Below, in pieces: positions 41,770 through 54,400 of a stretch of 64,000 nucleotides of DNA (positions are counted from its first letter, which is position 1; each line of letters begins with the position of its first letter). The notes under the pieces are model-generated. The model saw only the letters and a program-made list of their open reading frames with translations, was not told where the DNA came from and ran no database searches. The translations under genes and the position numbers were made by a program. Source of the DNA: Takakia lepidozioides (taxonomy: Eukaryota > Plantae > Bryophyta); NCBI GenBank assembly GCA_030704615.1, contig CM060734.1, positions 32,178,001 to 32,242,000 of the forward strand, in the 5' to 3' direction.

Positions 41770-42924
41770 GTACCAACCCCCCAAACTGAGAGGGCATAGT
41801 GTGGCGTAGTATTTATGATGCTAGTGTATTTTGAGGTTTCTATTCATTGAAAGATGGTTCAAGTTTCAATGTACATTTTGAAAGGGAGCAACATGCAAAG
41901 CCCACCAAAGTAAAGGTTAAGGCGGGACAAGCCTTGAGCAACCTCACCCTCCTTTATATACTCTCACGAGGCAGTGGTGCCCCACCTTTGCCCAACCCAT
42001 GGTGGAGCCTTGTAGAAGGAGGGCCCCACGCCTCACATAAGTATCCTCCTTCTCAACCTTCTCCTCTACACATGGCCCACACATCTGCTGCCGTCCTAGT
42101 CCATTGACTGCTGAGTGCTCCACTTTTCTCTTTTTTGACTATCAGATAAAATTTGGGACCCCTATTTGACTTTTTGTTTTTGTTTTTATTTTGACTTTTG
42201 ACTTTGAGCCCTACTATCTCATGGAAGGGACAACTTGATAGCATTCCAACGGGCATAAAGTATAGGATAAAGAACCTGGGCAAGGGGGTTCACCAGTTTA
42301 AGCCCCCTATAGAGACGAGGGCGGAGCCCAAGTCTTAGGGGGCGAAAACTGGTGAATCCCCGCGCCCATGCCCCGTAACATACTCGCCAGCCTGGTGCGG
42401 GCGTTCCACTAGCCCTGTAACACACCCGCCAACCTAGCGCGGGCGTTCCCCGCTCCAACGCACTCCAGGTCCCAACGAGTTAGGATTCACCAATGTAAGC
42501 CCACGCAAAGAACAAGGGAAATATTTGAAGCGTTGTTTATGTTGCTATAGAATACACTGGAAATAAGCAAGCGGGTATGTCTTTATAGTCCCTTTGGAGG
42601 ACTTTCCAGATTATATTAGAGAGAAATCCAAATAACTGCCCAACACTGGGGCAAACATCATACATCCATAGTCAAATAAAAAAAAATAGATACGCGGCTT
42701 TCACATGCCGTCTAGCTTAGAAAGGCCCAAGTGGGATGACTGTACAAATGGATAAAACTGTCCCCAAGAGGAGAAACGAAATGTCATAGAGTTAGATATA
42801 TTGAGGAAAAAAAATCAAATGATCACCTAGTGCCTGAAGAAGATAAGACAACAAGAAAGAGGGTGGGTCAGAAAGTGTCGGGAGGCGAGATGAAGCGCAA
42901 GATGAAGCCGCTCGGACAACTAGA

Positions 42925-43100
42925 TAGAGCTTGAGCTTTTTGTAAAGCAACATAAATTTGTTGTCTAAAGAAAGCTACAAGAACGGAGACGTTTGGGCTT
43001 TCAACGCTTTTGTTTTCCGATGCGCAATGGGCACATGTGCGATGGAAGTTGTTCAACTGATGATGCAAACAACCGAAAGATACCATCTACTAGGCTTTTC
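42925..43100 (-). mobile_element. Remnant C-terminus of an early-branched (CRE-like, restriction-like endonuclease) non-LTR retrotransposon
   Basis: FGCLHHQLNNFHRTCAH...SVLVAFFRQQIYVALQKAQA resembles the recalled ExFGxL...RQxxSxxLQRxQA tail of this group. Confidence 0.5.
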
Positions 43101-43641
43101 AGCAAGTGCTAGTCCGTAGGTTTTCCCTTAAAAGGAAAATATCATGGAGCAAATCCTGCCTGGGAGGAGAAAGTTACCTCTTTTTAGGCCTAACGACAGG
43201 CTCATTAGACACCAGCCAAGAAGGGACTCTAGACAAAAGAATAGTTGAGCGACATATCATGGGTAACCCTTGGTTCTCACAACCCACTCTTTTGCTACAG
43301 ATTCTCTTGGCTCCATCTTCTTGGCCTCTTCTCTCCCTTTCTCTATGGTTTTGTTAAATGGCTGGTAGGTTACTTGGGAACAAATAAGAGTATGGAGGAT
43401 AGAGAATGGTGTGAAGGAGAGAGGGCTCGGACAAGAGACGGCATGGCAAACGGTGTAGATTACTGATCATAGGCCTAGATTCAAGATAGGATATTGGATC
43501 CTAAGTTATCATTGAGTTTAGTTCTCACCTAGTCCTTGTAGAAAAATAAGCCTGGGTTCCAACTCGCTATTCCAACTCAATGTTTGTCATCCGTCTGAGG
43601 AGGATTGATTCATGTTGTCCCTAATAGCATTGTCCTTAATT

Positions 43642-44055
43642 TGTTTGTACTAAATCAAGTCAAGCCGGCAGAACAATAGTAAAGACGACAATTTTTTAGC
43701 AGAAACCAGATTTTGTTACTCATGTCTAGGAATACAATGCTCACTCTACTAGTATACCAACTGATTGCTGCCACTTCAGATGTCCAACCCAAAAGCTGCA
43801 ACCAAGCAATCTACTACTCACGCAAGCTCATGTTGAGCAACTTACAAACTACCTGCAAAATATGCTAATCACATAGCAGCATCAAAAAAAAAAAGATAGT
43901 GATACTCACAACCAGGCTATCTACTTGCTACAGCTAACTAATTTGTTGGCGGATAAAAAAATGAGTGGCCTTGTGGTTGGTTATAAGTAACTAGTGGGTA
44001 ACTAGTTATTCTGCCAAGAAGATTGTCCAGATATAGTACTCAGTCTCATCCAAAA
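43642..44055 (-). repeat. Copia 3' LTR (~414 bp)
   Basis: Follows the RNase H end and a PPT-like CAAGTAGGAG on the minus strand. It is the reverse-complement match of 59116-59533 and ends ...ACAAACA. Confidence 0.75.
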
Positions 44056-44097
44056 CTCCTACTTGATGGATAGGCCAGTCTTTTTGAGCTGAAATCT

Positions 44098-45630
44098 TCA
44101 CGCAACAGTAAGGCCGAGGAGTCCACGCATGTACTGGAACTTCTCGGTGGGCAGAGGCTTGGTAAGCACATCGACAATTTGGTCCTCAACACGAATGCAT
44201 GTGACATGAATCCGGCCTTCCTCATGCTTTCACTAATGATATGAAAAGCAACGTCAATATGCTTGGTCATGCGATGAAACTCAGGATTCTTCACAAGTCG
44301 AATGGAAGATTGATTGTCACTCATCATACTAGTTGGCTCAAGCTACGGATAACCAATGCTGCTCAGCAAGCGACGATGCCACGCAATCTCCTTTGATGGC
44401 AAGAGCTCCAGCAATATATTTGGATTCAGTTATACTGGTGGATGTGCAGGGTTGCTTTCGACTAGCCCAGGCAACCGGTCCATTGTTAAGGAAGAGCCTT
44501 GGGAAGAGCACCTCTCCCGATTGAGACTTCCGGTCATGATCAATATCTGCAGCATAGTCACTATCACATTAAGCCGTCAAGATGTGAGGATAATTACTGG
44601 CCCTATAAGTGATCACCCAGTTGGGATGGCCATGTAAATATTTCATGATCCTCGAGACAACATTGCAGTGAGCTCGGTGAGGCCTTTCACCGAATTTTGA
44701 CACCACACCCACTACATAGGAAATATCGGGACGAGTGCAAAGGTTGGGGAAAAACAAGCTCCCAATCAATTCTTTGTATGGAAAATCAGAAACGATTACC
44801 TCATCTTGACAAGTCACTTCGTTTAGCCTTGCATTGGGATCAGCTGGGATCGTACCGGAAGATGAATCAGCATATCCAAACTTGCGTAGAATCTTCAAAA
44901 TGTATTGCGTCTGATCCAGCGTCAGGGTTCGATTGAACCTATCGCTAGTGATGTGCAAGCCAACAAGAATCTGGGGTTCACCTTTGGTAATAATGAAGAC
45001 ATTACCCATGTGATCCAGAATATCACATGTTGATCGGGTCAAGTGGGGTTAAAAATTAATCCATCGTCAACAAAGATGGCCAAGAGTAGCTTGGGATTGG
45101 CACAGTAATAGATGCAAGGATCGGCAGCACTGGGTTGCATGCCATGAATGGTGGTGAAGTTGTTGAAGTGTTTATTCCAAACTCGACTTGATTGCTTAAG
45201 CCCATATAACGACTTCTTCAGCTTGCACAACGCCGTGGGATTTGTCTGATCAACAAAACTAGGCTTTTGGTCCATGTAAATCTCTTCGCTGATCTCACCG
45301 TACAAAAATGTTGTCTTCACGTCAAATAAGGTAATCTCAAAGTCTTCCACTGTCGCCACCAAGAGCAATATCTTGATCGAGTCGAACTTGGCGACAGGTG
45401 AAAATGTCTCTGTATGTCAACTCCTGCACGCTGGGTGTACCCCTTAGGACAAAGTCTCGCTTTATATCAATCAATCTCACCAGCTGCATTGAGTTTCAAC
45501 TTATAAACCTACTTACAACTTATAATAATACGCCTGCGGCCCTTCCGGGGGTGGTTGTAATTCCCAAGTGTTGTTCTCCATAAGAGACTCATATTCTTCG
45601 ATCATCGCTTACCGCCACTGCGCGAAATAT
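44098..45630 (-). mobile_element. Ty1/Copia RT-RNase H, degenerate
   Basis: WR*AMIEEYESLMENNTWEL, FDVKTTFLYGEISEEIYMDQ, LKKSLYGLKQSSRVWN, IFVDDGL, PYKELIGSL..TRPDISY, DNQSSI..NPEFHRMTKHIDV. Confidence 0.92.
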
Positions 45631-45631
45631 T

Positions 45632-48215
45632 CATGTCAACAATTTTCTTGGGAGGATAGAGATGATCTTGACCCAGCTGCGAGGATTGGGAGAAGCCAGT
45701 TTCACTGATTCTTCGGTGATTCCCAAGGTAAATTTGTGTAACCTGCCTCCAAGCCTCAAGCATTTTTTGTCAACTTGGGACAGTGTGCCAACTGGTCTCG
45801 ATAAGAATTTGGAGTTGTTAACATCTTGATTGTTGACTAAGGAATGTCGAGAGAACAAAGAAGCAGAAGAGTCAAAGAGCAACAAAATATTTGTTGCGAA
45901 GAAGGGCGGGCAACAGTCTGGCGCGACATCGAGTCGACCCTCATTGACTCCGGAGCAAAGAAAGGCTCGTCGAGATGTCATTCAGAAGGAGAAGGAAAGC
46001 ACCACATGCGTTAATTATAGGGAACTTGGCCATTGGGCGAGAGAGTGCCAAAATGATCCCAAGGCCAAGACAAAGAATGCCAAAGGCGAGAAGGGTGAGA
46101 AGGCTGAAACCAAGACAACTGCATCGACCTACAAGGCGTGGATGGCCTCAATGAATCACGCAAAGGAAAGCGATATGAGCATCTGGATAGGAGACTCTGG
46201 ATGCACGCAACACATGACCGGGAGACGAGATTGGTTCACACATTTTGAGAGCATTTCTCGTCGTCGAGAGTTCGTTGAAAGAGTGGGAGACATCAAGCTC
46301 GAGGTACAGGGTGTAGGGACGATTACTTTGAGGTTTTTGCCAATGGCATTTGGTATGAAAGCCAAATGATGAACGTGCTGTATGTTCTACGCTTGGGTCG
46401 CAAGCTATTTTCAGAACTCAGAGTTGTGAAGATGGGCACCTAAGTTGTTCGGAACCACTCTGGTTTGAAGTTGCAAGTCTATCGTGGCACTGTCATTATG
46501 GAAGTAAACATCAATGAAAACCTCGGACAGCTTTGCAACAAGGTCAAAATGAGCAATGCCATCGCTTATTTTTGGCAGGATCATTTGCTGGAGGGAGCCA
46601 ATGTGATGCCAAGAAGAGCCTGGAATTATGGCATAGGCGATTGGGGTATATGTAAACTATCGATCCATCCATAAAATGGCAGCAAAAGACATGGTAGATG
46701 GCTTGATGTTGACCAACAGAAGGAAACTAATTGTCTTCTGTGAAAGGTGTGTTTTTGGTAAGCACCACTGCAGCTCTTTCCCGAAGAATGAGACTAGAAC
46801 AACAAGAGTTGGGCTACTGGTTTATATCGATGGGCAGTTGCAGGATTGGGTGGATCAAAAGCGGCACATGTTGAGTCCATTGGAAGTCCATGCAAAAAAT
46901 AAATAAATGAATCTATTGCTTTCAGTTTATTTAAAAAAAAATAGATAGTAGTATATATAACATTTTTAGTAAAAAGTCCATCTTCAAAGATTGAAAACAT
47001 TCTTTACTAGATATTTTAATCTTTAATTTGAAAAAACATTTAGATATCAAAATCTAGAATTTACAACCACTTGTCCATATACCACCTAGCACCTGTAGAT
47101 TATAGGTTTTATGCCTTTTTAGTAAAAAAAATACACCTCAGAAACCTATTTGCTATGGACTAGAGCAAATCAACTTGTTTTTAGGTGCAAAATAGTCCAT
47201 AGCTCTCAATTCCTAAGATAATTAGTCCACATAAAAGTGAATTTGGGTTGGATTTAAAAATGGCACCCCTAGTGTGTTTTCCTTTGTGTCATTGTATGAG
47301 TGTACATGATGTTTTTTCAGTCCATAAGATTTTATGTGTAACATCTGCAGTCCATAGTAATCAACTTTAAAAGTCCGTAGCTTTCTGATACATGATTGTT
47401 TTTGCAATCTAACCTATTGTAGTTAGAAACCACTGCCATGTTACGCAAAAACTGAGACACCCAATCCTGCAAATACCCTGATATCGTTGGGCCGTACACT
47501 ACAAAGTCAGTTGGTGGTGCGAGGTATTTCATCGTCTAATTTAAAGATGATTATTTTGTGTTCAGGGTATTGTTTTGTGTAGCCAAGAAGTCACAGGCAT
47601 TAGCTAGCTTCAACAAATATTTGCTACAGATGTTGTGTGAAATCTGATAGGGATGGTGAGTACTAGATCAGATGCTATCCAACAGCTCTTGGAAGACGTT
47701 GATTGCCAGCATGAGATGACAGCAACTTACACACCCGAACAAAATGGTGCGTGTGTGCGGGAAAACATGACCATTGTTGAAATGGTGTGAAGCATGATCC
47801 ATGCAAGCAACGTTCATCTGCGTTTTTGGTGGGAAGCTGCGCATACAGCCATATATACTCTGAACCGTATGCATACTCATATGATACCTCACCAGACGTC
47901 TACAACTCACATAAGAGTGTTTGGCTGAGATGCATACGTGGATGTGCCAAAAGAACTGAGAACGAATTGGAGACTAAGAGTCGGAAGGGTGTTTTCATGG
48001 GATATAGCTATACAAGCAAGGCCTACAAGGTTTGGCTAAATGATAAGCGTCGCATTGAAGAGAGTCGTGAGGTACTTTTCAATATTGAAGAAGATGTCAC
48101 AATATCAAGCTCTGACCGTGATGCATGGACGGCGAGCTATGCAATGTTTCTCATTGGTAACGATGAGAAAGCTGGGCCAGTGGGAACCACAGGGCCAATG
48201 GAAACCATACCTCTC
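45632..48215 (+). mobile_element. Ty1/Copia gag-protease-integrase, degenerate, in opposite orientation to the adjacent RT
   Basis: Gag (NLPPSLKHFLSTWDSV), degenerate knuckle CVNYRELGHWAREC, protease WIGDSGCTQHMT, pre-integrase WHRRLG..FCERCVFGK, integrase DIVGP..GGARYF, YTPEQNG, KSRKGVFMGYS..KAYKVW. Confidence 0.9.
46832..47478. mobile_element. 647-bp non-autonomous TIR DNA transposon inserted in the Copia integrase
   Basis: TIRs GGGCAGTTGCAGGATTGGGTG / CACCCAATCCTGCAAATACCC (19/21). 4-bp TSD CGAT/TGAT. Removing the element and one TSD restores in-frame LVYIDIVGP. Confidence 0.85.
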
Positions 48216-48281
48216 CATGTTGTAGCGCCAGGAGGACGAAGAGTCAGTGCTCGCTTAAGAAGTCCAAAAACTGCCAGGCAG

Positions 48282-48350
48282 TCCTTTTTCATCAATAGGT
48301 ACTCATAACGCATCAACCACATGACCTAACAAGGCCTTTCCTATAGGAAC
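48282..48350 (-). pseudogene. atp1: Mitochondrial atp1 fragment (NUMT), downstream half
   Basis: The minus strand reads VPIGKALLGHVVDAL*VPIDEKG, the direct continuation of atp1 ...SIVDV at 60261 (consensus VPVGKxMLGRVVDALGVPIDGKG). Confidence 0.85.
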
Positions 48351-51300
48351 TGTCACGGACATAGCCCAAAAGAATTTACCAGGAGTAAATACCAGAAGTT
48401 ACCAAGTTATCATGTTATCAAAAGTTACCATGACTTACCGTGATTTATCATGATCTACCATGATTTACCATTACTTATCAAGTTATCGGAAGTTTACCAA
48501 ATTACCAAGAGTAACTTGGGAAACTGCTCAAGAAGCTTCTTTTGGAGGAAACTTCTCCATCAAGATACCTTCTTTGTTTAAGGAAGTTTCTCCATCAAGA
48601 AACCTTTGTTTAATCTTGGAAACTTCTTCAGCAAACAACCTCCATAGGGGAAGCTTCTTAGGGAAGCTTCTTAGTAGCCAGTATATATAGGAGGCGAGAC
48701 TGGACACTCTTCAGTCTCGCCAACACAAGTTCAAACTATTCTTGTTTCCAGTCCTACTACTCCAGTCCAGCTTCCAATACTCTAGTCCAGTTTCCAGTAT
48801 CTAGTACTCCAATCCAGTTTCCAGCATTCGAGTATCCAAGTCAAGTTCCAGTATCTTGTACTCTTGTCCATTGTTATAAAGATCATCTTGATTCATACCC
48901 ATCATGCATTCGGCCACGCCGACCTTGGCTTCTTGTCTAGTCTTGTACCTCTAGTCTGATCTCTTGTTTGTGTTCAGTCATGCTCTCGTCCTTGACAGTT
49001 TGGCGAGACTAAAGTTTGTTCTTTAGTTAGTTAAGATGGAAGGTACATTTGCGGAAATGGTCGCCACATTGCAGAGTCTTCAGCTCCAGATGCAAGAACT
49101 TCGTACCTCTACCGCCCAATTGCAAGCTGATCAGTCTCAAGATCTTGACAACGCTCTCCACAATTTGCAACAACAAATTTCAGAGTTAAAAGAGTCGAAC
49201 AATGGATCTTCAACCATACGAGTCCCTACTGCAACAGCTCCTACTGCAACGGTTCATCTTCAACAGATTACGAGAGAACCAAAGATCAGCATGTCCGAGA
49301 AAATTTGATGGAAAAAAATCAAGATTTCGCGATTTTGTTCAACAAGTACGACTGTTCCTACGACTACATCCACAACGCTACCCCGATGAAGGTATTCAAG
49401 TGGGATTCGTGGGCACTCTTCTATCAGGCACTGCCCTATCTTGGTTTGCACCGCTATTAGAAAAAAATTCGCATTTACTATATAATTTTGAAGTATTCAT
49501 GTCCGAGTTCACTGCAACATTTGGAGAGAATGATAGAGAGAGAGTTGCAGAGACAAAGATGCGAAATCTTCGACAAGGAGCACGTACTGCTTCCATTTAT
49601 GTTGCCGAATTTCAACAACTTACGTGCGACCTCGACTGGAATGAGAAGAGCCTCATTAGTCAGTTTCGATGTGGGCTAAAAGATGATGTAAAAAATTTGT
49701 TGCTGACAATGCCCAACGTGAGTACACTGAGCGAATTCATCATCCAAGTCATTGCATGCGATAATCGGTTGTTCGAAAGACATCAAGAGAAGCGATCTGG
49801 ATGGTCAATGACGTACTATGCCGCTGCTATTACGGCACCAAACACAACGATACATCAGACATCCGGTAATGATCTTATGCAGATTGATGCTGTCCGATTC
49901 AAGCCATTGACGCAACAAGAAAAACAAAGACGACGCTCGAATGGATTATGTCTTTACTGCGGAGAAGATGATCACATAGCATTAAACTGCTCCAACAAGA
50001 GAAGATTCAAAGCTCGGGGCACAACTCAAGTGTTCGATATGAGGAGGTCGAAAAACGAAGATGTCCAGTCATAGTAGGGACCATGCGGCTTGACACCCCA
50101 AATTCCTCACCAAAAAAAGGTCTTTTTCTACCTCCAGACCCTGTACCTTGTTTCACAGTTCCAGTAAAGATCAGGATGCAAAATCGAGATATCTCCGTAG
50201 AAGCACTTTTGGACTCGGGCGCTTCAGCATGTTTTATTGACAAAGACTTTGCGAAGCAACACAATTTAACATTCGTAAGAAAGAAATTCCCGGCCTTTGT
50301 TGAAGTCATCAATGGACGACCGTTAGCATCAAGAAATATTGACCATGAAACTCAACCCCTTGAAGTGAAGCTTAAAAATCAAGCATCACAGATTGTTTTC
50401 AATGTCATCCAGTCTCTAACAAATCATGTGATCCTTGGACTTCCCTGGTTTGTACTTCATAAGACATCGACTGGAGATCATGAAAAATTTCGGCAAGACA
50501 AAAATGCGAAAGTACCAAAGGTATTCAACCCCTGTTTCTTGGAGCTAGAACTTTCATGAGAGCTACGAAGAAAGACGCGACATTCGCACTTTATGCGACT
50601 CCGATCAAAACCACAACAGACCAAGGTACTTCGACATTACCCACTCAATATCAAGATTTTAAGGATGTCTTCGAGAAGAAAAATGCAGACATGTTGCCAG
50701 AACATCGACCTTATGATTGTGCAATTGAGTTGCAAGAATGAGCTCAACCACCATTCGGCCCGATCTACAATTTATCTCAGACGGACCTGGCTGCTTTACG
50801 CGAATACATTGATGAAAATTTGTCAAAGAATTTCATTCGACATTCAAAATCACCCGTGGGAGCACCTATCTTATTTGTGAAGAAGAAAGACGGATCGTTA
50901 CGCATGTGTGTGGACTATCGTGGGCTCAACAAAGTCACTATAAAAAATTGTTACCTACTACCGCTAATTTCCGGACTCCTCGAACAACTTGGACGAGCAA
51001 ATTTTTTCACAAAGATCGACTTGAGAAGAGTTTACAACCTTGTACGAATAAAAGAAGGAGACGAATGGAAGACTGTTTTTCGTACAAGGTACGGACATTT
51101 CGAATACAGTGTTATGCCTTTCGGTCTCACAAATGCTCCAGCAATTTTTCAACACATGATGAATGACATATTTCGGGAATTTTTAGACGACTTTGTAGTC
51201 ATCTATTTGGACGACATTTTGATATTTTCACAGAATGAAGAAGAATATGGTCGCCATGTACGCCTTGTCCTTGAAAAATTGAGGGAAAAATGACTATATG

Positions 51301-54300
51301 TCAAGTTGGAAAATGTCTTTTCCACCAATCTGAAGTCGAATTTTTGGGCTACATTATTTCCAACAAATGAGTCTTTTATGGATCAGAAGAAAATACAAAC
51401 CATCATTGAGTGGATTAAACCAACTTCGGTCCGAGATGTATAATGTTTTCTAGGATTTGCAAATTTCTATAGAATCTTCATCAATGACTACTCCAAAATT
51501 GCTGCACCATTGACACGACTCACAGATAATGACAAATTTGTATGGGACGAGAAGGCTGACCAAGCATTTGAAAGGCTGAAGCAGGCATTCATAACGGCTC
51601 CAATACTGGTACATGCAGACCCATCTAAACCATTCTTTTTGGAAGTAGATGCATCGGACTTTGCACTTGGCGCGGTACTCTCTCAATATGGTACAGATAG
51701 CCGAGTTCACCCTGTTGGTTTTTGTTCTCGCAAATTTTCCGCTGCGGAGATCAATTATGAAATCCATGACAAAGAACTTCTAGCGATTATCGATGCTTTT
51801 GAGGAGTGGCGTCATCTATTGGAGGGAGCTAAACATCAGGTCACAGTCTATACCGATCACAAAAACCTCGAGTATTTTATGAGTGCTCGTATTTTGAATC
51901 GACGTCAAACGAGATGGAGTATGTCACTAGCAAGGTTTGATTTTGTTATTACCTACCGTCCCGGACATCTTCAAGGAAAACCAGATGCTCTTTCTCGACG
52001 ATCGTATCTTGCGCCAAAAGAAGGGAATGCAGTTTTTTACTAATAGAAATTCATTATCTTGAAACCAGCAAATCTCCAATTGAATATGCTATCCATGTTC
52101 ACCTATGACGATGTAGAAATCATAAAGAAGATTCAGGAAGCACTGAAGAGCGACAAATTTGCTATGACATTACGAAGTCAACTAAATCGACCTCGAAACA
52201 ACCCACATGTTACAAACAACTTCGAATTCAAAGATGACTTACTTTATTTCAAGGGACTTCTCTATGTACCTCCAGGACCTAACGACTTCGAATTCTCCAA
52301 ACATGTCATGATCTTCCGGCTGTAGGACATTTCGGCTTCAACAAAACAATGGAATTGATATCCAGGGACTACCGGTGGCCGCAGATATGGAAACTCGTGA
52401 AAGAATTTATAAAATCTTGCGACACGTGCACTAGAGCGAAGGGACCACGACATCGACTTTACGGCCTTCTTCAACCATTACCCATTCCCAAGGGTCCATG
52501 GTCGTCCGTGTCTATGGACTTTATTACGGACCTTCCAATTTCCAAGACCACCGATTCAATCCTTGTTATTGTAGATCGTTTTACGAAGATGACACATTTT
52601 ATTCCATGTAATAAGACAATTACCGGCGAGGAAACTGCAAGACTCTTCCTCAATAATATCTACCGCATTCATGGACTCCCAAATGACATCGTATCTGATC
52701 GAGGACCACAGTTCATATCAAATTTCTGGAGGGGATTATTTCACATATTGGATACTAAGATCAACCTCTCTACAGCTAATCATCCACAGACTGATGGTCA
52801 AACCGAACGTGTAAACCAGATTTTGGAGCAGTATCTTCGCTGTACGATAAATTATCACCAAGATAATTGGACGGACCTTCTGTCATTGGCTGAGTTTGCC
52901 TACAACAACACTATACATTCTTCAACTAAGCAAACTCCATTTTTCTCTAATTATGGTCATCATCCTCAAGCAAACCTTTTCCATATGAAGACTGTTGGAA
53001 GACTGTTGGAAGCCCTGCTGCCGAAAACCTTGCTACTCATCTCGCTACGATTCACAATGAGCTTACATTCCACCTTACAGAAGCTCAAAAACAATACAAG
53101 GAGTATGCAGATCAACGTCGCCAACTCCAACCCCAGTTCAAGGTCGGAGGTCATGTGTGGCTTCTTCGACGGGACATACAAACCTCGCGACCATCAAAGA
53201 AGTTGGATTATCAACGCCTGGGACCATTCAAAATTATTCGACAAATAAATCCGGTCAGTTTTCGGCTTGAACTCCCACGAAGTATGCGTATCCATCTAGT
53301 ATTTCATATTTCATTATTGGAGTTGTATCATCCATCGAATATTCCAGGGAGAGTCTTCGTACCACCTCCATCAATCGAAGTCAATCAGGAAATCGAGTAT
53401 GAAGTCGACGAAGTCCTAGACTCTCGCATCAAGTATAAACGTCTTGAGTATTTCGTACATTGGAAAGGCTACAACATCAGCGAACGAACGTGAGAACCTT
53501 CATCCAACCTCGCCAATGCATCTGATAAACTCCAAGAGTTTCATCAACGATATCCAGCTAAGCCCCGAGCTACACGTTAATAAGACGTCACAATGATGAT
53601 GTCAGCCAAGTTAGCTTCAAGGTGAAGACTCTACATTCAATTTACCTGATACACGCTAAGGAGGGAGGAGCACCACACATCAGTATATATAGCAGCACTT
53701 CCAGCACTCTTGCATCTTGTATTGGTAGTATGGAGTCACAGGAACCAGATACAATGGAGTTGTCGCTTACCCAGCTACCAGATCAGCCGTTCCGACTCTC
53801 ACGACCTTCAACATCACGCCGACGCTCTCGAAACGATGGGCCACCAATGCGACGCGTACTTCCTCGTTTGGACCTCGTACGACGGCAAGTGGAGCCTACT
53901 CGAAGTCTGATAATTCTGTTGGAGGTTGAGGCTTCGGACCCAAAGGGCAACGAAATCATATTTGAAGGCAGCTTCGAAAAATCAGAATGTTCAAATCACC
54001 GCGTGGTCCCAAGATCAAGGTGTTGGACACTATCGATGGTTGCAGGGACCTATAAATCATTTGAGTCAAGAACGAAGAGCCGAATACTTGGCAAGTACCA
54101 TTCGCCGGATTCTGGATTTTCTCCAACTCTAAGCAAGTCCAAGATTTTACCGCTCCCCGAGGAACTCGGCGCTAGAGGAGGGGGTGATGTCACAGACATA
54201 GCCCAGAGGAACTTACCAGGAGTAAATACTAGAAGTTATCAAGTTATCATGTTACCGAAAGTTCCCATGACTTACCGTGATTTATCATGATCTACCATGA

Positions 54301-54400
54301 TTTATCATTACTTATCAAGTTACCGAGAGTTTACCAAATTACCAAGAGTAACTAGGAAAACTGCTCAGGAAGCTTCCTTTGGAGCAAACTTCTCCATCAA
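48351..54400 (+). mobile_element. Ty3/Gypsy chromovirus (Tcn1/Tf1-sushi-like) LTR retrotransposon; near full length, with stops and frameshifts
   Basis: 5' LTR 48351-48997 (TG...CA). gag from 49036 with CCHC CLYCGEDDHIALNC. Protease LLDSGA, RT YLDDILI, RNase H DASDFALG, integrase GPWSSVSMDFITDLP..SDRG..TDGQTER, chromodomain EYEVDEVLDSR..YFVHWKGY ending at 53580. PPT ~54174-54187. 3' LTR stub 54188-54400 (about 18 mismatches in 213 bp vs the 5' LTR, counted by eye). Confidence 0.96.

Noticed and set aside
48395-48510. CRISPR-like or satellite array of TACCATGA(T/C)T units
   Set aside because: These are short degenerate tandem repeats inside the Gypsy U3 region, with no unique spacers.
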